Notes: generated by a model from the sequence alone, not told the origin. A DNA stretch of 14,016 nt from Octopus sinensis (GCF_006345805.1 NW_021825971.1:1-14016); one strand, 5' to 3'; positions 1-9,819 are shown, counted from the stretch's first letter. Made by a program: numbers and translations.

Positions 1-130
1 CGGCAACACAACAACAACAACCAGAACAACAATGACAACAACAACGACGACGGTAACAACACAACAACAATAAAAAACAGAAAAGCAGCAGTGGCACCGG
101 TAGCAGCAGTTATAACCGTAGCAGCTTCAC

Positions 131-160
<30 letters not shown>
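1..160. repeat. Degenerate (AAC)n followed by (GCA)n trinucleotide low-complexity tract
   Basis: Runs such as acaacaacaac and gcagcagcagcagcagcagcagcag; cut by the window start. Confidence 0.9.
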
Positions 161-161
<1 letters not shown>

Positions 162-239
162 GATGCCATTACATCACTGCAGAGATGGACGCTCGTGTCT
201 TCGATAATATTGAACGAAAATATCTAGATCCTTGTACAT

Positions 240-690
240 ACATGCATGCAAATATACATACACACGTACATATACACATACGTACACACCTATATACTAT
301 ATATGCACTCACATACGGTTAAGTATATCATAACATACACTTAGACACTCACACATATTTATACATTTATATCCGTATAACCATGTATGTTTGTATGTAA
401 GTATATGTATACACACACACACACACACACACACTCACACACACACACACGCACACACATATATATATGTGTGTGTGTATGTATATGTATAATCATGTAC
501 TGCTGCTTACAGATATATATATATATATATAATATATATATATATTATAATATATATATATGCATTATATAATTCATATATATACATATATATAGATAGA
601 TGTATATGTACGTATATTTGTATGTATGTAAGTACGTATATATGTTGCATATATATACGTATGTATTTATGTATTATGTCTACATATGTA
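240..690. repeat. Compound microsatellite (CATA/CA/TA/TATG)
   Basis: (CA)n at ~405-448, TA-rich at ~500-600 and TATG-like at ~600-690. ORFs 387..572 and most of 600..836 are translations of these repeats. Confidence 0.9.
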
Positions 691-829
691 AGTACTTAAA
701 TGAAAATCTGAATTCTCTGACAAATTTATGGTTTTATAATATAATTGATGATACAGACAAAGGAATGTATTTTACAAAATATACAGATATCCTGTGTTTG
801 CAAAAGTGCAAATATCAATGTTATTCTGT

Positions 830-1590
830 TCAATAGAGGGTGTGGTATCCCGTTATTTCTAATACGGCAACAATGCGGTCAAGCCTGCTGTTGACTAGGT
901 TTTCATCGGAATATGGGGTTGTCTATTGGATCCGAAACTGCAGTATCTTCACCTTTAAATTCAGAATTGATGAAGTATATATAAAGGTCTCATTTTCTTA
1001 TATGTAGCCCATTTATTTTCTACAGGGTTTTGATCAGACAGTGATATGCTAGCCATTGCTAGTTACCTAATGAATTACTATCATTAATGCTATGTCAGTC
1101 TTTACGTATCTCATAGCATAAACGAGTGCACCATCCTGATGAAATGTTATGCATTTAAGGATATGCATTTTAGTAAGTGATTTCTTCAATGCATTCAGAG
1201 AGGCATTAGAGTTTAATATTGTACAATGAGATAAGGCGTCTTTTTCTGCTATTGCTATTTTACGTATTGCAATGCAGGAGTATTCTTTGACTCTTGAAGT
1301 TGTATATTTGGAATTGTGGCATCTTAAGTTTGATAGAAATCGAACAAAGGAACATTTTTACATAATTTGATTTTTAGTCATCTTCTTTGACAATTTTTAC
1401 AATTCCCAAAACTACAAACAACCCTGTATGTATTTTTTTTATATAGTTTTTCTTTACAACCTTGTTTTACAAATGCTCAATATTTTCTTACGGGATCGTT
1501 TGCAATTTGCTGCTGTTTTTGTGCAATGATGAGGTTGAGAAGACAGGTCTTGGGTACAGTTGTTTACTTCCTGCAACAAATTGTTCTAAA
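830..1590 (-). mobile_element. Decayed Tc1/mariner-superfamily DNA transposon (transposase pseudogene)
   Basis: Minus-strand translation with stops and frameshifts gives ...KCSFVRF..RCHNSKYTTSRVK..TILNSNASLNALKKSLTKMHILKCITFHQDGALVYAMRYVK (FHQDGA at 1127-1144; cf. Tc1 FQQD[NG]AP), then WLA..DQNPVENKWATYKK (1009-1035; cf. WPxxSPDLNPIENLW), then ENLVNSRLDRIVAVLEITGYHTLY* (TGA at 830-832; cf. Tc1 C-terminus LVxSMPxRxxAVIxxxGxxTKY*). The motifs are collinear. LLQEVNNCT..TAANCK at ~1490-1580 resembles the second HTH/KKP region. The boundaries are approximate. Confidence 0.85.
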
Positions 1591-1607
1591 AATATTCGAA
1601 ACAGACA

Positions 1608-1819
1608 GAGCGGTGAGTCGACAGAATCGTTAGCACGTCGGGAAAAATGTTCAGTGGTATTTCGTCCGTTTTTATGTTCTGAGTTCAAATTCCGCCGAGC
1701 TCAACTTTTCCCTTCATCACTTTGCAGTCGATAAAATAATTAGCATTTGAACACTGTGGTTGATGTAATTGACTTAGCCCTCTCACGAAATTGCTGACTT
1801 TGAGCCAAAATTTGGAACT
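1608..1819 (+). mobile_element. tRNA-derived SINE, family A (full length, diverged), with 17-bp TSD
   Basis: The head cggtgagtcgacagaatcgttagcacg, B-box-like gagttcaaattcc, central ccttcatcactttgcagtcgataaaat and 3' gagccaaaatttggaac all align with the copies at 7680-8102 and 8430-8660. Flanking direct repeats: aatattcgaaacagaca (1591-1607) and aatatttgaaacagaca (1820-1836), 16/17 identical. Confidence 0.9.
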
Positions 1820-2682
1820 AATATTTGAAACAGACATTCTCCGTCTCATTCTCTCAATTCTGTTTTGCTTTCTCTACTCTCTCCCAATCTCTCTCTATCT
1901 TTCTGTCACTCTCTCCTTTCAACTTTCTACTATTTTTATCTATCAGCAGCAAAATTATATATACAGGATAGAAACAAAAGCAAACTGCATTTTCATGAGT
2001 CAAATTGTGTAATTGAATATGATTTAAATTCGGATAGAGTACGGATTCAGTTCTTTACAACATTTATATAAACGTCTACACAGGTACGACTATAATTATA
2101 TATGTACAATTATAAGCATACAACACGTGCGATTATAAGTATATATGTATGTATGCGCGTTATTTGGGTACGTACATACGTGTGTTGCACAACGAATATA
2201 CAGAAAATTATATACGCGCACACAAACACGCATACACACATACCATATAAAGGTGTTTAATTTACGTATGTTGTCAAACGCCGGAAGCTGCGGTGTTTCG
2301 ACTAAATTGGGGATCTCTTTAAAGATGTATAATGTTGAAAAAACACAATATGCATCAAAACTAGACGAAACGAAACCGATCAGAAAGTTAAAATGCTTCT
2401 AACACGAAAGAATTTATTCTTCTAGCGCGCTGCTATTGCAAATCAACGAACAGTTTTACACTATTTATACTTCAGGGTGGCAATTTCAAACACATTAACA
2501 ACCAACAAAAACACCGGTATTAGTCGGACTCGCTCACTTCCGGGGTGGTTTTCCTTTGCCTAGCTTTGAAGTATTTTGCATTTGTTAACACTATATGCGT
2601 CTAAAGGAATCTCTACCAGTCAAAAAACCGCCACATCTCCTTACGTATTAACAACATACATGCAATAATAAGGTTATTAATA

Positions 2683-2747
2683 ATGTACACACACACACAC
2701 ACGCACGCATATATATATGTGTGTGTGCGCGCGCGCGCGCGTGTGTA
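2683..2747. repeat. 65-nt uninterrupted purine/pyrimidine alternation, (CA)-(TA)-(TG)-(GC)7-(TG), Z-DNA-prone
   Basis: atgtacacac...acgcacgcatatatatatgtgtgtgtgcgcgcgcgcgcgcgtgtgta; (GC)7 at 2727-2740. Confidence 0.85.
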
Positions 2748-2761
2748 AACAAAGATAACAT

Positions 2762-4590
2762 AAACCATAAACAAAGACACCACATTGTATCTTTTGATAT
2801 TGTAAAACTTCATACCAAAATCCCACACCAATATCGACTAGAGGCAATAGATTTCTGGCTTGAGAATTTTCCTCATGAAATTCCAGATAGCTGAGAAATG
2901 TTTCATTATTGAAGGATTAAAATTCATCCTCGAAAACAACTTCTTGACTTCGATGGCAATATTTACAAAAAAATATCTGGAGTGCGATGGTGGCAAAAGT
3001 TGCCCCGACTTACGCCAATCTAGTCATAACATACATGAAGGTTCAGATATAGGAACAATCTAAATTAAAATATGGTTTGGACTTCCATAAATATTTACTA
3101 GAAAACTGGAAGTGTTACTTGGATGACTCCCTGATTCTGTAGACGCGCACATTTGAATGAGTTATGAATTTCAAAAGCCTAATCAACAGCATAAACTGTT
3201 CCAACTTCACCATGCAATACTGTAAATCTCAACTGCTATTCCTGGATATGCTAATAATCAAAACATAAAAACGATTCTTACTGTTCTCCTCATGCCATCT
3301 CAAACACACGAAGAATAATATTCCAATTAATCTAGCAAGAAGAATCTGCACAATTGTCTCAAACTCTGAAACTCGCAATAAAAGTTTCCAGGAATTAAAG
3401 CAAATACTACTTAAAAGACAATATCCATTAATGTTGATAGACAACGGAATGGATCGTGTCAAAGCAATAGATATTCAACAACTACGAAAAACGAAAAATG
3501 CTCCCGATACAACCAGTACTCCACCCTTTATTACAACACACAACCCAAGAAGCACAGAGGTTCACAACATTATCGACCAGAAAATTCCATTACTAAGACG
3601 AGACCAAAGAATGAAAAAGCATTCGAAACACACAAAATGATCAAAAGTAAAAGACAATCAAATTCTTCAAAAAAAATTCCTCACAAGCGCTAAACTACCT
3701 TCCAAAATTCCAACACCAACAGTCAAAAAGTGCGACCGCTTGATTTGCAGGACTTGCATCAACCTTATTGAGGACACAACATACTAATTCAAATCAGGAC
3801 AATCCCTCAACTGCCAGGTCTTCCAACTCTGCCATTGTTCAGTAAATACCATGAATGAAGCACTGATAAACAAAGAAAAATACATTCATACAAAAATATT
3901 GTACAAGCCAAGGTTTAACAAACTTTAATAGGGTACATACACAAATAACTATTCACACACAAAATTCATTCTGACACCTTCACATGAGGAATCTACACAG
4001 CTAACAACCTAAGTTTTAACCACTGAATACGGACAAACGACTCTTGCCCACTCTCCCACCTAACAGATTAAATTTAGCGTCCTTTGACTGTAACTAAACA
4101 TGTTCACTCGACCGTGCTGGCCTTAGTTTTTTGTGCAAAATATACTGTCACGTGACACTAATGCACGGACATAGCGGGAAGCGTACAGAAGGTTTTAACC
4201 TTAATTACGTGTTCATTCTCCACAATACTTGACAGAAAACATTCAGAGCATTGATTGTTTAGTATTGTCACTTGACATGTCCACGCAACCATGTCAGGCT
4301 TAACTTACGAGGCCAAGTATTGTTTCTTGACATTAACACTCAGACACAACGGGGAACCAACAAAACATCTAACTATCCTTTACCAACCAAATCCTATCCA
4401 AAACATATATTAATTTGAGCCATGAAAATAGGACATGTTTCAAACACTAATCAAAAGTCAGACAACTGCGGCATAACTCACGTCTTTCTATCTCAACTTT
4501 TGAAAATCAGTGCAAACTGTGAAACCGGTTAAATATTTAAATAGAAATATTTCAACTATTCTCAGAGCATTTTCAACTTCTACTTGATAC
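2762..4590 (+). mobile_element. 5'-truncated, decayed Penelope-like retroelement (RT, thumb, Cys linker, remnant GIY-YIG C-terminus, 3' UTR/pLTR)
   Basis: Joining frames gives VSFDIVKLHTKIPHQYRLEAIDFWLE (from 2787), FIIEGLKFILENNF, FDGNIYKKISGV-AMVAKVAPTYANLV, WKCYLDD (YLDD at 3116-3127), LLFLDMLI, SSCHLKHTKNNIPINLARRICTIVS, LLKRQYP, PFITTHNP, KCDRLICRTC (3731-3757) and NKEKY..KPRFNKL* (stop 3926-3928). These are diagnostic PLE motifs in the canonical order. An A/C-rich 3' region follows; its end is approximate. Confidence 0.92.
4496..4534 (+). ncRNA. Degenerate minimal type-I hammerhead ribozyme in the Penelope 3' region
   Basis: actt-TTGAAAA (4500-4506; two transitions from CTGAAGA)-t-CAGT-gcaa-ACTG-t (stem II with a GNRA loop)-GAAA (4521-4524)-CCGGTT (palindrome AACCGGTT, 4523-4530)-aaat. 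Stem I pairs 3 of 4. Confidence 0.6.
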
Positions 4591-4665
4591 ATATATAAGA
4601 GCATACACAAAATACCTACGTTCAGTATGTGTCACCGTACATTCTTAGGGCTTTTATAATTCTTC

Positions 4666-4666
<1 letters not shown>

Positions 4667-4736
<70 letters not shown>

Positions 4737-5210
4737 TGTGTGTGTGTGTGTGTCTGTGTGAGAGAGAGAGGGGGGGAGCATGGACTCAAGGAATATTTAA
4801 GAAGAGACAGATAGATGGAAGGCACAAAGACACAGGGACAGATAAAAGTGTGGTATGTATGTGTGTGTGTGCGCGCGTGTGTATGTGTGTGTATGTGTGT
4901 TTCAAATGGCCTGAGTAGAAAATATAAAGATACAATGATACGGAGAGAGGGATATAGTAAGAGATAAAAACAGACAATACAGAAAGACATGAAGATACAC
5001 ATATATATTAGTAGTATGTAGTATGTATGTATGTTGATGTATGTATGTATATGTATGTATATATACATATATATAATAATATATATTATATATATATTTA
5101 TATAATATATTATAGGGAGAGAAAGAGACAGAGAGAGAGAGAAAGAGATAGGGTGAACCGAGAGAGAGAGAGGTTGGAGTGAAGAGTGAGAGGCCAGAGG
5201 GAGAGATAGC
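4667..5210. repeat. Compound microsatellites (CT)n(TA)n(TG)n(GA)n, (TG)/(CG), (TATG)/(TA), GA-rich
   Basis: Directly visible; accounts for the ORFs at 4622-5267. Confidence 0.9.
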
Positions 5211-5383
5211 TGGGATTGGATGCGTAGAAAGCCGACCTAGAAATGATGGCGCCACAGGCAAATGCATTTTAATAATAACATGTACAGCATAACATAGAAG
5301 TGGATTACACTACTTTCATTGGTTGCATCAGGTTCAAAGAATAGCGACATTTTGTGATCTGAACAAGCTCTTTCTCCTCTTCT

Positions 5384-5882
<499 letters not shown>

Positions 5883-6105
5883 TATTATATAACCGGGTCC
5901 TCAGGATGTTATCTGTTTTTAATATAACAAAGTTTTCTTATAACTGCTTTGTACAAATTTTTCATTTTAATTATGTCTTTGTTTTCTTTGGGTTTTTTTT
6001 TTGTTTTCTTTTATATTAACGTCTATTTTAATAAACTTGAGGTTTTACTAATCTAGATGCTACCATCATACTCATTATCAACGTCTGTAATTTGTTTAAT
6101 TACAG

Positions 6106-6207
6106 ACGTAATGAAGCCGGAGACAGCTTCACAGGGCGGATTGGTTTCTTTGTGTCTCGCCATTCTGAGACAAAATTTGTTAGAAAAGATTTTCCATATA
6201 TTAGTTT
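6106..6207 (+). CDS. Candidate internal coding exon (102 nt) of an unidentified host gene
   Basis: Acceptor tttgtttaattacAG and donor ttt|GTAAGT (6208-6213). It is GC-richer than its flanks and its length is divisible by 3. The open frame is x-RNEAGDSFTGRIGFFVSRHSETKFVRKDFPYIS-tt; a second frame (VMKPETASQGG...) is also open. No homology is recognised. Confidence 0.55.
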
Positions 6208-6241
6208 GTAAGTCATTTTTTTTTTTTTTTCAAACATAGTG

Positions 6242-7608
6242 TCTACTTCAACAGCCATCGAACTGGAGGGAGACTTGTATCACATCCCCAGGCTCTTATT
6301 TCTGCTCATGGATGCGTAGGAGTCGCCCGCTCATTGAAAGTTCAAAGTCCTGAAAGCAAGATTGCGCCACTGCTAGCAGGGCGAACGACTGTAGCAGCAA
6401 CAACAGCAATAACTACAACAATAAAAGCATGAACAAAAACAACAACAGCGGCATAAATACTCAGCATGAATGACAGCAGCAGGAGTAGCAGCAGCAGCAG
6501 CAGCAGCCGTTCAAGACTTTGGACCTGGAGATCTCCATTTCCAGCGACTTCGATGGCCACCTCCCAGTGGTGTCGGGTGTCAAAGAAGAGCCCTTGACTA
6601 CAACAAGACGACCAAATTTTTTTTTTTTCCAAGGTCTGGGGTCTCCCGCCCCTAAGCCCTAGACCATCACCTAATCACCCGTACCCGTCTTGTTGCTTAA
6701 CAACAACAACAACAACAGCAACAACAATAGTGTTATCAGAAGCAGCAACAACAGTAGTAACAGTAACAACTCGAACGTCAGTGACAGCAATTACTGAAGC
6801 AGTGATTGTGGCGATGAAAGCAATTAAAATGCCAGAACAAAAAGCAATAACCTCCAACAACAACAACAAAAATAACTGTTGCGGCACATTTGGCAAGGTC
6901 TGACTCGTGCGCGTTGATTCTCGTAAGGAAACGTACAGCCCCACACTGGAAGATCAGTGAACCAAGCTGGAGGATAGCTCTCGATTGAGAAAATTGAGGG
7001 CAGCTTTCGTGCCTCTGCCTAACATTCTGACCGCAACAGCTGGGAAGAAATATGTCTTTAAAAAGTCATCTTCTGGAGACGGCTACGAGCATACAACTGG
7101 GATGGCTCCACCGGGATGTATGTCAGGACGACCAGCATGTATCCAGAGAGCAAGGCAGTTCGGTGGAATCGGAGTCCTACTTAAGACTGAAACCCTGACA
7201 CTGCAACACTCAGTGGCCACGCAATGGAGTGATGAACTGAAGTTGGTAATCGTAGACAATCGGCGAGTGCTAGCCCTCAAACAGGGCTATTGGAGTAGAT
7301 TTAGTCGGAGAATAGAGATAGTGGATCCCAAACTAGAAGACCTACGTAGAAACTTAGAAGTGATGCTTAGGAATAGCACAGTGCCTGTCCTGCTTGCGAC
7401 GAAATTGGCCATCAAGTAATTCTTCAACGTGAATTATGAAAGATGCGTTATCAGAGCAACGGCACGTGGTACAAGACATGAGGGAACGAAATCTGTTCGA
7501 TGGGCAAGAGTGGCAGAGGAGCAAAACCACATTCCGATCGTGGACAGATCAGGAAGGACACGATTCCAAGCAGATGTTCACGGACCTATTCTGACCTCGC
7601 GCCTATAG
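6242..7608 (+). pseudogene. Decayed Gln-rich ORF, possibly retroelement ORF1/gag-like or a processed pseudogene
   Basis: The frame-1 stretch 6904-7608 (235 codons) has only two internal stops (6958, 7417) and includes ORF 6985..7419. Upstream, non-repetitive peptide blocks (AIELEGDLYHIPRLLFLLMDA; PFKTLDLEISISSDFDGHLPVVSGVKEEPL-DYNK; TVAAHLARSDSCALIL) alternate with CAA/CAG runs. The region is GC/CpG-richer than its flanks. Confidence 0.55.
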
Positions 7609-7634
7609 GATGAAGAGAAAGCCCCTATCTCTAT

Positions 7635-7666
<32 letters not shown>

Positions 7667-7679
7667 GTGCCCTTGGCAG

Positions 7680-7915
<236 letters not shown>

Positions 7916-7917
7916 AA

Positions 7918-8101
7918 ACCGGACAAAATGCTTAGTGGTTTTTCGTCTGCCTTTATGTTCCAAGTTCTGATTCCGCCGAGGTCGACTTTGCCTCTCATTC
8001 TCTTGGGGGTTGGTAAAATAAGTATCATCTGATAATTGGGATCCATATAATCGACTTACCCCTCCCCTCGAAATAACTGGCTTTGTGCCAAAATTTGAAA
8101 C

Positions 8102-8139
<38 letters not shown>

Positions 8140-8153
8140 CCACCACCACCACC
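7918..8153 (+). mobile_element. Family A SINE, 5'-truncated, with (ATC)12(ACC)5 tail
   Basis: ccggacaaaatgcttagtgg...ttccgccgaggtcgactttgcc...tcgacttacccctcc...gtgccaaaatttgaaacc (to 8102), followed by the tail at 8103-8153. Confidence 0.88.
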
Positions 8154-8429
8154 ATTATGTTTACAATCACTTGTTATGGTTTTAGACAGTATCTCGGCAT
8201 TTTCGAGTTGTATGTTATATACTCCTCGAGGGACTTTTACGCGTGTGTTTGTATCAGTTACATGAATTTTATTGTGTCGTTAGATCTCGTTTTTTTTTTG
8301 TTTGTAATGTTACATCTTTATTTCGTCAGTTGTGTTAAAGTATGTCTAATGTGAGTCACGTAATTCTTGCTGAACGGTGATTGCAATTCACGTATGGCCG
8401 TGTAGTAATATGCGGTGTGCGCTTCAGTG

Positions 8430-8660
8430 GAGAGTTGGCAGAAACGTTAGCACGCCGGGCGAAATGCGTAGCTGTATTTCGTCTGTCGTTACGTTCCGAG
8501 TTCAAATTCCGCCGAGGTTTACTTTGCCTTTCATCCTTTCGGGGTTGATAAATTAAGTACCAGTTACGCACTGGGGTCGATCTAATCGACTTGATACCTA
8601 TGTCTGTCCTTGTTTGTCCCCTCTATGTTTAGCCACTTGTGGGTAGTAAAGAAATAGGTA
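8430..8660 (+). mobile_element. Family A SINE (alternative-tail subtype), full length, with a perfect 12-bp TSD
   Basis: A-box-like tggcagaaacg (8436-8446), B-box-like gagttcaaattcc (8498-8510), central gcctttcatcctttcggggttgataaattaagtaccag, and tail tgtccttgtttgtcccctctatgtttagccacttgtgggtagtaaagaaatagg. TSD tgcgcttcagtg at 8418-8429 and 8661-8672. Confidence 0.95.
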
Positions 8661-8844
8661 TGCGCTTCAGTGTCAAGACAGCGATGGCGTTCTGTGCAAG
8701 CCGTTTGGATTCGTTACGTTATATCATGGCGAAGGAGAGAAACCGTGTAGATTTGTAAGATTTCAACGTTGTGAATTGTGAGTAGCGAGTGTTGATGATG
8801 TTATAGAATCGAGTATTGATTATGTAAGAACAAGTGTTGTGTTA

Positions 8845-8972
8845 TTTTATTGGCTATTGATTGTGTAGATAATGTGTTGTGTTGTATTGATTGGTGCTAA
8901 TTCTGTACACTCTGTGTAAGGGTGATTTCTTTCATTTTATTGGCTGCTGATTGTGGAGGTTATGTATTGTGT
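8845..8972. repeat. Imperfect 38-bp direct repeat, period 90, each unit with a minus-strand CCAAT
   Basis: ttttattggctattgattgtgtagataatgtgttgtgt (8845-8882) vs ttttattggctgctgattgtggaggttatgtattgtgt (8935-8972), 32/38 identical. Confidence 0.8.
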
Positions 8973-9118
8973 ACAGAGAACGTGCAGTTTCAAGTTTGTT
9001 ATCGACGTCTTGCTTGTAATATAAGCCGTGTCTCGCGTGGTAATTCCGATGGCACTGTGTCTGGTTATGAGCCTTGCTATAGTTTTATGGAATTTTATTT
9101 TAGACTTTTTGTTCTATA

Positions 9119-9149
9119 TTTGTTTCAGTCATAGGATTGTGGCCATGCT
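9119..9149 (-). mobile_element. Family B SINE 3'-terminal fragment
   Basis: tttcagtcataggattgtggccatgct (9123-9149) is 24/27 identical to 13508-13534. Confidence 0.7.
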
Positions 9150-9167
9150 ACCAAATACTTTGAAATC

Positions 9168-9445
9168 TCTCCTCTCTCTCTCTCCTCTCTCTCTCTCACT
9201 CTCTCTTTCCATCTCTGTCTCTCTCTCTATCTATCTATCTTTCATACCTACATACCTATACACTTTCTCTCATTCCTCATCTCTCTCTCTCCTCCTCCTC
9301 CTCCTCCTCTCGTTCTCTCACTCTCTCTCTCCTCCTCCTCCTCCTCACCCTCCTCCTCTCGTTCTCTCACTCTCTCTCTCCTCCTCCTTTTCTCGTTCTC
9401 TCACTCTCCCTCTTCCTATCTCGCTCTCTATATGTCTGTCTCTCT
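9168..9445. repeat. Polypyrimidine (CT)n/(CCT)n tract
   Basis: Directly visible; it keeps ORF 9028..9546 open (L/S/P-rich). Confidence 0.9.
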
Positions 9446-9502
9446 TGCATTTTCAGTCTATCCACATTCGTGCAAGATCATCTTTAACTTTTATTCTCCA
9501 TC

Positions 9503-9690
9503 GGTTTCAGTCTTTGAACTGCAGTCATGCTGGAACATTACTTTGAAGGGTTTTAAGGCGAAGAGATCGACCCCGGTACTTATTCTATAAAATATCTTTA
9601 GCCGAACCTCAAGTTAAGGAGTCGTAAACAATCCTGCACCAGTTTCCAGACAGTGGTGGTGGTGGTGGTGGTGATATAATACAAACACAA
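9503..9690 (-). mobile_element. Family B SINE, 3' half, diverged
   Basis: Shares collinear blocks with 13508-13700: tttcagtc, catgctgg, ggtacttattcta, gccgaac, cgtaaa, ggtggtgg and caaac. The internal GGT is expanded at 9653-9673. Confidence 0.8.
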
Positions 9691-9702
9691 ACCCACACAT
9701 AC

Positions 9703-9704
<2 letters not shown>

Positions 9705-9760
<56 letters not shown>

Positions 9761-9819
9761 TTAACAACTATATATACACACACACAACACATACATACAT
9801 ACATACATACATAAATACA

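Larger units (their letters stand above)
8160..9100 (-). other. Probable repeat-derived A/C-rich (minus strand) segment, possibly a second Penelope-like UTR/pLTR, interrupted by the 8430-8660 SINE
   Basis: Strand bias like the 3930-4590 Penelope UTR but in the opposite orientation, a 38-bp internal direct repeat, and a hammerhead-like remnant at 8188-8235. No coding remnant was found. Confidence 0.3.

Noticed and set aside
830-920. SDENLVNSRLDRIVAVLEITGY first read as a Penelope thumb (NGYP-like)
   Set aside because: The upstream QDGA and DxNPVENxW motifs and the terminal GYHTLY* fit a Tc1 transposase C-terminus much better.
2476-2516. 41-nt plus-strand exon candidate (GGNFKHINNQQKH-cg), phase-compatible with 6106
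   Set aside because: Good acceptor but a weak donor (GTATTA); it is short, and phase agreement is expected one time in three.
8323-8329. Perfect hammerhead core CTGACGA on the minus strand
   Set aside because: No stem II followed by GAAA and stem III.
8430-8512. SINE heads (also 1608-1695 and 13815-13888) as tRNA genes
   Set aside because: Only A/B-box-like motifs are present; there is no cloverleaf, and they continue into repeat bodies with TSDs or tails.
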